DNA from: Octopus vulgaris
Taxonomy: Eukaryota
DNA length: 64,000 nucleotides
Reading direction: 5' to 3'
Assembly: GCA_951406725.2 (NCBI GenBank)
Contig: OX597832.1
Span: forward strand, 21,638,001-21,702,000
In this document: positions 31,747-46,740 of the stretch, one piece after another
Layout: every line of letters begins with the position of its first letter
How positions within the stretch are numbered: the stretch's first letter is position 1
Position numbers and translations under genes: made by a program
Notes under the pieces: generated by a model
Told to the model about the DNA's origin: nothing
Databases searched by the model: none
Seen by the model: only the letters and a program-made list of their open reading frames with translations

Positions 31747-31910
31747 CCATGTGTATGTGATTTTTCTACATAAATACATTTATGCATATATGTGTGTGCG
31801 TGTGTGTTTTTGTTATGCGTGCGTGTATACACATATACGTGTGTGTATGCAAACAGATATATATATATATATGAGATATACGCATACACATGTATGTGTA
31901 CCTGTGAGTA

Positions 31911-31945
<35 letters not shown>

Positions 31946-31987
31946 ATGCGTGGTTAAGGATATATTATGTTATGTCTTGCACATAAG

Positions 31988-32200
31988 TCTTTTCTACTCT
32001 AGGCACAAAGCCCGAAATTTTGGGGGAGGGGACCAGTCGATTAGATCGACCCCAGTACGCAACTAGTACTTAATCTATCGACCCCGAAAGGATGAAATGC
32101 AAAATCGACCTCGGTAGAATTTGAACTCAGAACGTAGCGGCAGACGAAATACCGCCAAGTATTTCGCCCGGCGTGCTAACGGTTCTGCCAGCTCGCCACC
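31988..32200 (-). mobile_element. SINE family B, alternative-tail variant
   Basis: Same head and Meta-like domain, but tail ggtcccctcccccaaaatttcgggctttgtgcctagagtagaaaaga. Confidence 0.85.
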
Positions 32201-33043
32201 TTTGCGTATAACAAAATATAGTATAAGTTGTTATAAAGGGGTCCTTAAACATTGATACAAACAGATCTTTAACTACGGAGAGCGACGGAGGTAAACAAGT
32301 AGAGAGAGAGAGAGAGTGGGAGAGAGAGAGAGAGTGAGAGAGAGAGAGAGACATAGATAGGTACAGAGAGAGAAGAAAGATATGGAGAGAAGGAGATAAG
32401 AGATACTGGGAGAAGGAAGATAAACAAATGATAGAGTGAAGGATCGAGAAATTTGTAAGATGTGATGGAGGGAAAACGGAGGGAGAGGGACAGGGAATGA
32501 GACCAGAGGCAGAGAGAGGGAGAGATGCGGAGAGGGAGAGAGGCGGAGAGAGGGGGGTGAGAATATATGTAAAAGGATGTTTGAGTGAGACTGTGTTAAG
32601 TTGACTTTAAATATAAAAAGAGAGTGTGTATGAGGAAGAGGGGGTAGAAGAGGGAGAGGGTGAAGAAGAGGAGAAAAGGAAGAGGAGAAGGGAAGGAAGT
32701 GGAGGAAGCCTGAGGGAGGAGGAGGCGGGGAAGGGGAAAGAGAGGAGGGGAGAGAAAGAGAATAAGCGACTGAATGTGAAGGATGATTTACTGGGTGGAA
32801 ATTTGGCAAAAACTAAATAGGTGAAGGTGGGGATGAAGGAATGGAATATATTTAGAAGATTAAGAGAGAGAGAGAGAGAGATGAGAGAGATTGAGAGGGA
32901 GGAGGGAGAAAGAGAAAGAGGGAGAGGGAGAGGGAGGGAGTAAGGATGTAAGAGAGACCGACAAACCGATTGATATTGAGTAAGTGAAAGTGAAAGTAAA
33001 AGAAGGCGGAAAAGAGGAACAGGTCTTGTATAAATATATTCGA

Positions 33044-33106
<63 letters not shown>

Positions 33107-33239
33107 CGTGTGTGTGTGTGTGTGCTTGTGTCGACTTTGCTTTTCATCTCTTTTAGGGTGTTGATAAAATAAGTACCGGCTGAGTACGGGGGTCGATTAA
33201 ACCGATCCAGCCCCTCCTCTTGTGCCAAAACCAAACAGT

Positions 33240-33321
<82 letters not shown>

Positions 33322-33483
33322 GTACACCCACAAAAGCACACGCAGCAAGAGGAACAGTCAATGAATGAAAGAAAGAAACAAACAGAGACAAGCAGAGAGA
33401 CAGGCAGACAGACAGACAGACAAACGGCCACGCAGAAGAATAGACAAATGGACAGGCATACTGACAGTAGGCAGACAAACAAG

Positions 33484-34135
<652 letters not shown>

Positions 34136-34838
34136 TGTTTCTTTATTAGCCACACAGGGCTGAACACAGACGGGACAAATTACAAAGTAAGGCTTTTCTT
34201 TTGGAGAGAAAAAGAAAGAAGAAAATATTAAAAAGTGGGGTAGGTTTTCGATCAAAAGGGATCGAAAAAAAAGAAAGAAAAATAGGGATCGTGTATCACA
34301 GAAATGTCATAATGTAAGGTGTAAAGGGGGAAACAGATGAGGTTTATCCGTGGAAAGAAAAGCCTACGGAAAAGACCACGGTAACCTCGGTCAATAATGT
34401 CACATGTTAACACATTTGTTTGCAAGTAAGTAACTCTCTGTTTTAAAATTTTCCGGGTTCATGGGATCATGCTCAAGGTGGCGTCGTCATTCATACGTGC
34501 CATCCTTGCTACATTCACCCATCTTTTTTTTAAACATTCGCTAGACAAAACTTGCCTCTCTACTCTCACTTTCCTTTTCAAGTGATACTTGAAGAAGTTG
34601 ATGAGAGATTGACCAGGGAGGAACGTATTTGTCTCTACTCCTTTCAGTCCACCAGATACATTCTTTCGCCATAGCCACAAGGATGATAAAAATAGCTCTT
34701 CCTTCCCGTTTGAAGGAAGGAGGCATGACGATATTAACGATAGACTCGGCTGATAAACCGACTCGTCCCACGCGTGACAGCAGTCGTCCGACATAAGCCC
34801 ACAGGTCGGAAATGGCTGGACACTGCACGAGGGCGTGC

Positions 34839-34840
<2 letters not shown>
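34136..34840 (-). mobile_element. Tx1/L1-clade LINE 3' end in (GATA)n
   Basis: HALVQCP (end of CCHC knuckle)...AKECIWW...[14 protein letters not shown]...RWVNVARM, then 3' UTR, AATAAA and (TATC)n; 5'-truncated directly into (TATC)n. Confidence 0.8.
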
Positions 34841-34913
<73 letters not shown>

Positions 34914-34930
34914 GAGATGATGGATGGATG

Positions 34931-35000
<70 letters not shown>

Positions 35001-35537
35001 CGGAAGGACGGATGAATGGATGGATGGATATATATATATATAGACACTCTTTTACTTGTTTCAGTCATTTGACTGCGGCCATGCTGGAGCACCGCTTTTA
35101 GTCAAACAAATCGACCCCAGGACTTATTATTTGCAAGCCTTGTACTTATTCTATCTTATGTGTGTTTGTGTGTATGTATGTATCTATATATATATGTGTG
35201 TGTATGTGTGTCTATGTGCGTATTTGGTGAATCTGTATCTATATATGTATGCATTTACACATGTGCACTTTTTTCCTGTGTGCATATATATATATGTATA
35301 CACACACACATATATAAGTGTATATATATATATATATATATAAAACATTACGTTATATAATTAGGGTTCAGTAAAATAATTTACTTTACCACACACCGAA
35401 CTTTTAGAAATAGCAGCCAAAAAATCTTAGCTATCTCTTCAACTATAAGAAAAATCTCCCAGACAATGCATACTCAAAAATAATTCACACAGGTATAGAG
35501 GGAAAAATAATGAAAGATCACACGTACATAAGATTAC

Positions 35538-35599
35538 TTGAGAACGGCCGTTTCTGGATTAGTTGAATATAAATATCAACATTTCCTTCGTCAGCTCAA
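35538..35599 (-). ncRNA. Type I hammerhead ribozyme motif
   Basis: Minus strand TTGAG-CTGACGA-aGGAaatGTTGA..TCAACtaaTCCa-GAAAC-ggcc-GTT-CTCAA: intact core, 5-bp stem I, palindromic GGCC loop III. Confidence 0.7.
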
Positions 35600-35851
35600 A
35601 GATTTCTTTTGATATGGATTTGAGAGCACTAAAAATCGAACATACCCGTTTGATATGAGTAATCCCAGACAAACCATCTTCGACCGCTAGTACTAACGAA
35701 TTCAAAAAGTACAAATGAGGCTTTGCATTCTTCCCCTTCCACCCACGTGAGTTATGGAGCAACAAATTCCTACAGAGAGAACTGTAGTTTAATATCAGGG
35801 AGAGAGAATTATATTGTCAATAATAAAAGGGTAAAAATTTTTACCCTTTAT

Positions 35852-35938
<87 letters not shown>

Positions 35939-36299
35939 TAATATATCTATATATATATATATATATACGTACAAATATGTATACATACATAATTATACAC
36001 GTGTGTGTGTGTGTGTGTGTGTTGAGTACTTATATATAAATTCTAGATAGTTGTTGCGTTTTTATCACCTCTGCATAAAGATGGCGTCTCAATACAGGTA
36101 CACAAACGCTCGCAATTTACGTTTATATATATACGTGAGTGCGTATGTGTGTATGTGTGTGTTTGTGTGTTTTTGTGCCCATGTGGGGGGTGCGCGTTTG
36201 CATGCGTCGTGCGCATGTGCATCCGTTTAGTTTAATTCAGATGGGTCATTATTGACAGACAAAGCATTACGCTTCTATTGTTTCGACGGCTCTGCATTA

Positions 36300-36477
36300 C
36301 CTGATATCATCATTATCGTTATTGCCATTATTATTATTGTTATCATTATCATCATCATCATCATCCTCATCATCATTATCTTCAGTAGTGATAGTTGGAG
36401 TAATAGTAGTTGTTGTAGTAGTAATGGTGGTGGTGGTGGTGGTGGTGGTGGTGGTGGTGGTAGTAGTAGTATTAGTA

Positions 36478-36518
<41 letters not shown>

Positions 36519-36586
36519 CCGTCACCGTCAACAGTGTATCATCATCATCCTCATTATCTTCAGTAGTGGTAGTAGTAGTGGTGGTA

Positions 36587-36626
<40 letters not shown>

Positions 36627-37320
36627 AAGTAGTAGTTGTAGTACCGTCACCGTCAACGATGTATCACCATCCTCATCATTATCGTCGTAGTTGTCGTCGT
36701 CGTCGTCGTCATAACCATCATCATCATCATCATCATCAGTATGGTAATCGTCATCATCGACGGATGGTAGGTTGCATTGGTTTCTAATGGTTAAGTAAAT
36801 CAATGGTGTTGTTGCTGCAGTTTATAACTGGGACGTAAGAAGGAAGTGGAGGAGGAGAGATGGTGAAGATGGGGAGGGTGAGCGGAGGAGGAGGAGGAAG
36901 AGGCAGGGGGAAGAGGAGGAGGATAAGGCAAAACAACGGGTACTACTGGAAGAGGAAGAAGAAGAAGAAGAAGAAGAAGAAGAAGAAAGAAGAAGGAAAA
37001 GAAGAAGGAAAAGAAGAAGGGAAAGAAGGGAACGAAGAGAAGAAGAAGAAGAAGAAGAAGAAGAAAGAAGGAAAAGAAGGAAAAGAAGAAGAAGAAGAAG
37101 AAGAAGAAGGGAACGAAGAAGGGAAAGAAGAAGAACAAAAAGAACAAAAACAACAACAACAAACAACAACAATAACAGATAACAACGATTACGACTACGA
37201 CGACAAGCGCCACAGCATGACTTCAACCCTATCATTAGAAATACATCAAAGCAGCAGCAACATCAGCAACAGCAGCAACAGCAGCAGCAGCATCAGCGAC
37301 AACAGCAGCAGCAGTCAGTT
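36300..37320. repeat. Trinucleotide mosaic (CAT, GGT, GTA, GAA, CAA, CAG) with an internal tandem duplication
   Basis: gtagtaccgtcaccgtcaac occurs twice (~36515 and ~36640). Confidence 0.9.
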
Positions 37321-38057
37321 GAGATAAACAACACATTGAACTGCGACTAAAATTTGAATGGGAAAATAAAAGCAAGACTAGCAATAATAATACCAACATA
37401 CAAACAAACTGGCTACTATGAAAACATTGCTCCAGCATGGCCATAATCTGTTATGATTAGAACTCAATAATTATCAGAACAACAACTACAGCAGCAATGT
37501 AATTGTGGGAGGTTTAAATATAAAGACAGAAACAGAGCTTGTTTTTGTTTTTTTATCTCAAGAAACATTTAATAATCTTTATATTTCGTGTACGAATACT
37601 CCTTGTCAAAGTCTAAAAGTAAAAGTAGAACAATTAAATATTTGTCAGAGAAAATGTACGTTTTTGTTTTATTTTACTTTAATTTATGTTTAGTCTCCAT
37701 CGCAACTGCATTGCAGAGTTTCCTTAAAACACTGTTTGTTATATATTCATATACATACATAAATATATACATACATATGTGTGTGTGCGTGTGTTTGTGT
37801 GTGTGTGTGTGTATAGATTCAGATGAATATGGTACTTAAGTTGAGGCACCAGAATTTAGTACATTATCCATACAATTTCAAAGCAAGGTGATTAAAATCA
37901 AAATAAGCAACAAGGATATTCAGAGGTAACGTAGTACGATCGTTTCATGCAACTCCATTTAATTGAACAATGTAATCATTACATCAATTTAAAATGCAGA
38001 GCAATCGAAGGGGTCACCCATATACATACGTATGTGTGTATGTATGTATAAATATAA

Positions 38058-38092
<35 letters not shown>

Positions 38093-38752
38093 TATATATA
38101 TATGTATATGTATATATATATTCGTGTGTGTGTGTATTTATATATTGTGTGTTTGTATGTGTGTGTATGTACGTATGAATATATATTCTGCAATATTTGA
38201 ACGCTGTTCTCTTACAGTGCCTGTTTTGAACACACTCGTCCAAAGGGAAGAAAGGTTCTCCCATGTTGCAGAACACCGCCGATCAGAGTCTGCCGGAAAG
38301 TATGAAGAATGAATAGATACATCATTGTTGTTACTTTTCACATCAACAAGAGCTTGCGATCTTGTTAGAGTCGTAGGTCCGATGGTATAGCTCCGGCTGA
38401 GGAGACCAAACATGAAACCGAAACACCTCGATTTGCCATCGTCTCCTTGCACTGATGAGTTGCGTGTGTTATGAAAGCACATCTACAAAAGGACGCGGGT
38501 AATCTCCGATGAAGTAAAGCTAAAGCGGCCGAAATGTATTAAGAATAGATATTTCGTTGGCTAGATATTCTATTATCTGAGATATCGGATGAACTAACGC
38601 TAGTACAGGAGAGGCAAGTGAGAACATTGATATATACAACTGGCATTCACCCAAAAGAGGGTGTAATAACAGCATGAACTGTAATTGCAGTGCCTCAGCA
38701 TGGCCGCAGTTTTCAGGCTGGAACTAGTAAAATGGTAAAGTGTTTGGAGATA

Positions 38753-38815
<63 letters not shown>

Positions 38816-39039
38816 CTATATTACATATACCTCCAGGTCTGTATGTGTAAACACACACACACACATATATAACTACATATATATATATATACATATCTAT
38901 ATAAATACGTATGCATACATAGTTTTATATATATATATGTATATATACCTACATTTATACATACATACATACATACATATATATATATATGTATGTGAGT
39001 GTGTGTGTATACATACTTATATGTAAATAATAATATATG

Positions 39040-39086
<47 letters not shown>

Positions 39087-39235
39087 GTATGTATACATGT
39101 GTATATATATACATACACAATGCATACACACATATATTCTAACAATATTATTTAAATGTTTATGAATGTAGGATATGTATGCATGCATGTATGTATATAC
39201 ATACATGTATACATATATATATATATGTGTATGTA

Positions 39236-39277
<42 letters not shown>

Positions 39278-40345
39278 GTATGTATATATATATATATATA
39301 TACGTTTATGCATATAAGTACATATACATATAAACATACATGCATACATATATCTGTGTGTGTGTGTATGTGCACGCAAGTGCGTGCGCGTGTTCATACT
39401 ATATTATATGCACATAAAGAAATATTTCAACTTTAGCCAAGAAAAACATACCCATTATAACCTTTCCTATCACCATCAACACCACAACCCTCACCCACGT
39501 CTTTGTCTACGCAAACAACACAAAAAGCCTCACACACACACAAACACAAACACAGAGGCGAACCAGCAACATCTCCTTAACCACACCACACCGCCATCTT
39601 CAACATTTAATACATCTCCATAATTACAATCACCACCACCGCTACCAAAACATTCGCTACATTCCTATATGCTGCCAGCCGACCTGCCAGTCCGCTTTGC
39701 ATTGCCTAGTCTGCTTGCCTGCTTGCCTGTTTGCCTGTTCGTTTTGCAATCCATTTGATGCTGTATGATGGCTAACAATAGAAGCTACTAGAATGGTTAG
39801 AGCTGTTCAATTCAAAATTCTATAACGAATTTGACCCAAGCTTAGGCTCTTTCGTGACTGGAAAATAGGTGTATCATAACAAGTGTTCACAATCCAAATG
39901 TCTGGTTTTCATCATAAAGAATAAGTGATATTGATTCTCGCTTCAACAGACCACTTCACAGTTTCATATATAACTGTCATTGTAGACAGTATTCCTTGTG
40001 TTTGGGTGTGCGTGTATGTATGTGTTCGTGTGTATTGAATGTGTGTGAGTGTGTAGTGGGGATGTCTGTACGTTTGGTGGGTTTGTTGTGTTCGTGCGCG
40101 AGAATTTCATTGTGCTTATGAATGTGTAAGATTTTCTATGTACGTATGTATGTACGCACGCACGTATGTGTGTATATATATGTATATGTGTGCATATATA
40201 TATATATATATCAATTTATTTATAAAGCATTATACACATACACACACGCTTCAATGTGGTTATTTGTTCCTTTTGAAAGGATTTGTAATTGGTGTATACA
40301 TGAATGAGTGTATAAACGTTTATATATATTAATGTATATTCATGC

Positions 40346-40398
<53 letters not shown>

Positions 40399-40411
40399 AT
40401 GTATCTGTATT

Positions 40412-40443
<32 letters not shown>

Positions 40444-40844
40444 CACATATATATATTGTATGTGTATATGTATATACATATATATGTGTGTATATATATA
40501 CACTTATATATATATATACATTTAAATATATGTATACATTATATATATGTGTGTATGTGTGTGTGCATTCATACTCGCATACATACATAATTATATATGA
40601 GTAAATATGTATGTGCATATATGTGTGTGTGTGTGTGTATGTGTGTATGTATTATTTCTTAATCAATATATTCACATGCAAACCCATATGTATATATGTA
40701 TACATACGCATACATATATATACAAACGCATGCATACATACTTGCATATGTTCGTTTACACATACATGCAAACACATACACAGACACAAACGTTGAAAAG
40801 AATGAGAAATTTTCAAAAATGGTCTTGGAATATTTAGGTAATAT

Positions 40845-41691
40845 ATGATGTTGGTGGTGGTGGTGGTGGTGGTGGTGGTGGTAATGATGGTGATGATGAT
40901 GTTGATGAGGGCGTGTGGAGGTAAGAGTGGAGACAATTGTGGTAGTGGCGCTGAATGTGGTGGTGTAGATGGCGGTGGTTGTAGTGGTGGTGGTGGTAGT
41001 GGTAGTTTTGACGATGATGATAATGATGATGATGTCGACGACGACGATGATGATGATAACGATGACGAAGGCGATGATGATGACGATGATGATGATGATT
41101 ATGATGACGATTATGATGATGCGGATGATGGTGATGATGGGCGTTTGGAGGCAACAGTGGCGATGCCGGCTTCATTGTGTGGTGTGGTGTGGTGTGGTGT
41201 GGTATGGTGTGGTATGGTAACTGGGGATGGTGGTCAGGAAACTAGTGACCAACGGTGACAATGTCGATGGACAGAAAGAGATAATGACGACCATCATGAT
41301 GATTACCACGAATTCTAATCAACGCCACGGTGACGACGGCGACGATAATGCTGTGATACGACGATAAGTGAATCAAGGTAACAAAGCTGATGATGACGAT
41401 GGTGATGATGATGATGATGATGATGCCAATGATGATGATGATGACGCTGACAACGAGGACGATGATGATGATGATGATGATGGCGATGAGGATGACGATG
41501 ATGATGATGATGAAGATGATGATGATGGCGATGATGACGATGACGATGATGATGATGATGGTGATGGCGATGATGATGATGACGACGATGACGACAACGA
41601 CGACGATGCTGATGATGACGATGAGGACGACGACGACGATGATGATGGTGATGGTGATGATGATAATGATGATGATGGCTACGACGATGAC

Positions 41692-41738
<47 letters not shown>

Positions 41739-41815
41739 GTGAGTTGGAGGAGGAGGAGGAGGAGGGGAGGAGGAGTACAACGTCGACGACGACGATGATG
41801 ATGATGAAGATGTCA
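40845..41815. repeat. (GGT)/(GAT)/(GAC) tracts
   Basis: Directly visible. Confidence 0.9.
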
Positions 41816-42130
41816 AAATGATGTCAATTAAGATGAATATCTGGAACAATAAAAGCCACTGAACGTGGGCGCTACTGAGAAGCATCAAGCAGACAAAATT
41901 ATCTCTATATGTCTATGTATGTATGTATGTGTGTGTATATGTACTACGTATGTATGTATGTATACATACATAGTACATATATATTTACTTTGCCCTCTTC
42001 TCTTGCTCGGTTCTCTTTCGTTCTCTTCGTTCTATATCGACCCATGGTGATCTGAGGTATATATATATATATAAATATGTATGTATGCATGTATGTATGT
42101 ATGTATATATGTATATATATATATACATAT

Positions 42131-42350
42131 AGGCGCAATGGCCTAGTGGTTAGGGCAGCGGACTTGCGGTCGGAGGATCGTGGTTTCGATTCCCAGACCG
42201 GGCGTTGTGTGTGTTTATTGAGCGAAAAACACCTAAAAGCTCCACGAGGCTCCGGCAGGAGCTGGTGATCCCTGCTGTACTCTTTCACCACTCTAAAAGG
42301 CGGTGCTCCAGCATGGCCGCAGTCAAATGACTGAAACAAGTACAAAAAAA
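42131..42350 (+). mobile_element. tRNA-headed SINE with a distinct head and a family A 3' tail
   Basis: ggcgcaatggcctagtggttaggg...ggtttcgattccc, a unique body, then aaaggcggtgctccagcatggccgcagtcaaatgactgaaacaagt. Confidence 0.8.
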
Positions 42351-42546
42351 AAAAATACATATATATATATATATATATATAGTTATCGCCATACTAATAT
42401 GGTAGTCTATAAATATAAGACTAAAGCTGTCGCTGATTAGCTCCAAGAGGCCATTGCATCTAGCTACCTATTTGACACACGAACCTGCGTCCATTACAAA
42501 CCTTCGAACAGGGGAGGTCAGCCGCTTCACCTTGCTAGTCAGACAT

Positions 42547-42587
42547 CTGCAGACATGTTTCAGGGTTGTTGCCCTTTATCAATGCAG
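42547..42587 (-). ncRNA. Degenerate hammerhead motif
   Basis: Minus strand CTGCA-TTGATAA-AGGG caacaa CCCT-GAAAC-at-GTC-TGCAG; stems intact, two core transitions. Confidence 0.5.
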
Positions 42588-43076
42588 CGTAGTCAGACCC
42601 GCATGTGTCGCTACTGACCGTCTGTTCGAAGATTTTATTTACCTAGTTACAGTGGAATACATCCACTTGTTTTCAATAATAGAAATTGCCTTCCTCTCCT
42701 TCAAGTTTCTGAACCCAGAACCATGTGTTTTGGAAGCATACTTCCAACCACACAGCCACGCTTGTACCTACCTGTATGTGGAGGAGGGGTGAATATGTGT
42801 GTTTCAGTTTGCGCTTGTCCCCTGCCCCCGGGTGTTAGTTTGTTAACATCCCCGTAACTTTTTGGCGAAAGTGACAAATAGATTGAGTACCAAACTTAGA
42901 AATGTGTGCTTCGGGTCGATATGTTTGACTTAAACCCGTCACGGCTTTGCTCCAGCATGGCCACAATCTAATGACTGAAGCAAGATTAAAGATAAACTAT
43001 AACAAAAAGACGACCTACTGCAGAAAAAACTCTCACGTCTCACGCGTTCTCTTTCTCTCTCTCTCACACACACACA

Positions 43077-43118
<42 letters not shown>

Positions 43119-44085
43119 TACACACACACACAAACACACAAACCCACACTATCTGTCTATTCATCAATCTATCTATCTGTCTGTTTGTCTGTCTATCTGT
43201 CTATCTATCTCGCTGCTTCGATAAAAATTTGTAGAATAGTACAGAAGGCGAGAAACAGTTTCTACAATTAACGGTTTTGTGTTGAGTAACTTTAAACATT
43301 TTCATCTCTTTGACAAAGTTTTGTCAGATCTTAAGACGGCTGAATGCTCTCTTGATTGTTTTCAAAATCTTTGTTAATGGCATCGGTTTTAATTTCTGTA
43401 ATGGAAATGTTTCTTTTAATGGACTAAATACTTCAGTAACCATGGGCTCGGATTTAAAATGGCAAAATGGCAGATAAGGGAATCTTTAGACAATTTCATG
43501 AACTTTTTCTTCTTTATAGTTTCTCTACAAAATTTTGCCACAATGTTTTAGATAGCAAAATTCAAAATCAGTCACGTGGAACCGAAATTAAAAGAAAGTT
43601 ATTAAAATAACTTCTTCAACCTAATCGAATTTCTGTTCCTCTATTATTCCATTTTATTCTTGAGACATTTTCTCATCCAAAGGAAACTTGGAGTATTTTG
43701 ACAACACAGTTCTTCTGAAATAAAACCAGTATGCCTTCTGCGGAGATCTAGATTGAATCCGCTCGAACTGGTCACTCACGTGTTTACTCCGCATCTCAGT
43801 GTAACTTTGTTTGCATTTTGATCAGCACATTCCTGGATGATCAGGTGTCCCAGGTTTAACATACTTTGGATATTATGACCTCGTCTGTCTGAGGTTTTTC
43901 AGCTACTATTTTAATTGGCTCTTGTGCTGGGCAACATTACATTTACGGTCTGAAAAGTCGAAGAGTCCCTTCATATAATTCATAACTTTTGCAACACAGG
44001 TTTTAAAGCACAAGAATCACTCTAACATTGTAAATAAACCATTCCATCTTGGCTTAGTTTGATTAATTATAATTTCTTAACCATA

Positions 44086-44904
44086 GGCGTAGGAGTAGCT
44101 GTGTGGTAAGTAGCTTGCTTACCAACAACATGGTTCCCGGTTCAGTCCCATTGCGTGGCACCTTGGGCAAGTGTCTTCTACTTTAGCCAAGTTGACCTCG
44201 GCGGAATTTGAACTCAGAACGTAAAGACAGACAAATACCTATTTCTTTACTGCCCACAAGGGGCTAAACACAGAGAGGACAAAGAAGGACAGACAAACGG
44301 ATTAAGTCGATTATATCGACCCCAGTGCGTAACTGGTACTTATTTAATCGACACCGAACGGATGAAAGGCAAAGTCGACCTCGGCAGAATTTGAACTCAG
44401 AACATAAAGACAGACGAAATACCGCTAAGTATATCGCCCGGTGTGCTAACGTTTCTGCCAGCTCGCCACCCTAACAACGACAGAGACAGTCTTTTCTACT
44501 CTAGGCACAAGGTCCGAAATGTTTTGGGGTGGGGGCCAGTCGACTAGATCGACACTAGTACACAACTAGTACTGTATTGACCTCGAAAGAATGAAAGGCA
44601 GAATCGACCTCGGCGGAATTTGAACTCAGAATGTAAAGACAGACGAAATACCACTAAGCGTGCTAACGTTTCTTATTTCTTTATTGCCCGCAAGAGGCTA
44701 AACATAGAGGGGGCAAACAAGGACAGACAAACGGATTAAGTCGATTATATCGACCCCAGTGCGTAACTGGTACTTAATTTATCGACCCCGAACGGATGAA
44801 AGGCAAAGTCGACCTCGGCGGAATTTGAACTCAGAACGTAAAGGCAGACGAAATACCGCAAAGCATTTCGCCCGGCGTGCTAACATGTCTACTAGCTCGC
44901 CGCC
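44086..44904 (-). mobile_element. Tandem/nested array of SINE B units (-) abutting a SINE A head (+, 44086-44185)
   Basis: About four family B units with both tail types, joined at internal head positions. Confidence 0.85.
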
Positions 44905-45926
44905 TTACAAAGCTGTATATTCACTTAAAGAAATACGCAGTTTGTCAAAGCTACTCTTTCTTTCACCATGTCCACTAATCACAAATGTTTTCAATTCAAC
45001 ATTGACGTTGAATCATCTGCGTTAAATGAGAAGCATTCTTTGGTAAAAACCAAACCTTTATCTGTAATAGTTTTCCTAATAAAAGTACATTTAACTATGG
45101 CATTCATGGAAAAAAGACCTTCAATAGCAACTAATTCGGATTCTATTACTTCTATGGTTTCTACTTATTTTTTGGCTTTTTGTTCCGTACAGAAAGTTAT
45201 TTTTCTGATGGGTGATTCTTTTCGGAGTATGTTTGTCTATTATAATTGTACCAGTTCCTAATAAGATGTCTTCGTGATTGATATCTACGTAGTGTAAAAG
45301 ACAGCTTGTTGAACTACCCGAGTACTTTAAAACGACCTTGCAGTAAATGGTTATATTTCATGCGCGCGCGCTTTGTGTGTGTGTGTCTGTGTAAAACATG
45401 GACTCGGGAATTCTCGGAAAATAGAAAAAGATTCCGGACATTCCCGAAGGCTTTTTTATAACTAAACCTGCTATGTGTTTGTGTGGAGAGTTACAGAATA
45501 TATGAGTTCGAGTCCCACGGTCAGCCTTCGTTTATTTTTTTTTTGCATTCAAGGGGTTTTTAACCTAATATTCTAGACTTTATTATTGTTTCTTCAGCTA
45601 CAAGCTCTACCGTTAAAAATGTTTACTTAAAATACATACATACATAAATACGTACATAATACATACATATATATATATACCATAGCCTCGTGGACATATA
45701 CTCGTCCTAGGCTCTCTGCTGACGAGGCACGCCAGATGTAAATGAATTTAATTTAATTAATTTATTTGCCTAAGTTTGCCGAAACTATGCATAGTCCAGG
45801 GATGAAAGGGGTAAACGTTTTTATTCCTCTTTCTATTTCAGAATTACAACTATTTAGCGGTTTGAGTTTGGCTGCTCTTTCTAGTGAGTCGAATGTCCTA
45901 TATGGCCATTCCTTATATTGTTGAAA

Positions 45927-45959
<33 letters not shown>

Positions 45960-45964
<5 letters not shown>

Positions 45965-46165
45965 AATTCAAAGAACAAACAATAAAAAACACAAAGAAAA
46001 ATGGAAAAAACGAACGTGAGGACGTGCACAGAATTATTTTAATTTGACGCTCGGCGAAAGGAGAAAGTTGTTAATGTTTTGAGCATAGCTCTTCGTTGGA
46101 AAGAGAGACGTTCAAAGAGAAAGAAGGAAAAAGAAGGAATCGCCAACAATCCATGTACGGTTAAT
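45960..46165 (-). mobile_element. Relative of the 18345-18535 repeat, with a decayed HHR-like motif
   Basis: Minus strand ctttccaacgaaGAGCtatGCTCaaaacatt parallels ctttctgtcgaaGAGCgtagGCTCgaaacgt. Confidence 0.5.
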
Positions 46166-46683
46166 ACATATATATATATATACATATGTATATGTATATA
46201 TATGTGTGGGTGTGTGTGTGTGTGTGCGTGTGTGTGTGTGTGTATACACACACAGTATACATACATACGAGTTTAAGTGTATTACTTGATGTTGATTTAC
46301 TGAAAAACAACAAAATATATCTAATGGAGGTACACTATATATTTTGATATTTATTGTTAATAATGATATTTAATAGTTAGGCCATTAAAAGGTTATTCAC
46401 ACCTCTAGTCTCGTTTTATCCTTTTATCAAACGTTTCCTTTTTTTTTTCCATATATCGGTTTAAATCCTTCACAATTCGCTTCCATCCATAAAGCTTCTA
46501 CATCCAATATCAATGTATCTAGACCTTCTCAGTTTCATCATCAGGTTGAATGCCATTGGCGTATGTTGCTGCCAATTTATAGTTGGCAGGGTTAATGTGA
46601 TTGTTACACCAATTGTCTTTGTGTAAGTGTATATGTGTAAATATACATAGACGCACACAAACACACAAACACACACACATATG

Positions 46684-46740
<57 letters not shown>

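Noticed and set aside
37931-38010. Half hammerhead on the minus strand (GAAAC-GATC-GTA-CTAC with a long hairpin)
   Set aside because: No CUGANGA or stem I partner found before the microsatellite; incomplete.
38218-38312. Possible terminal exon (ttctcttacag| VPVLNTLVQREERFSH...*)
   Set aside because: No partner exon or recognisable domain; insufficient support.
42131-42205. tRNA gene candidates (also 8680-8752, 26058-26138, 62766-62840)
   Set aside because: They continue into SINE bodies and lack a clean cloverleaf and terminator; treated as SINE heads.
44189-44904. Repeat-spacer-like arrays (CRISPR-like)
   Set aside because: Units are ~200-bp SINE copies in eukaryotic DNA, with no unique spacers or cas genes.
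45715-45745. CTGACGA-GGC-ac-GCC motif
   Set aside because: Lacks the GAAA core.
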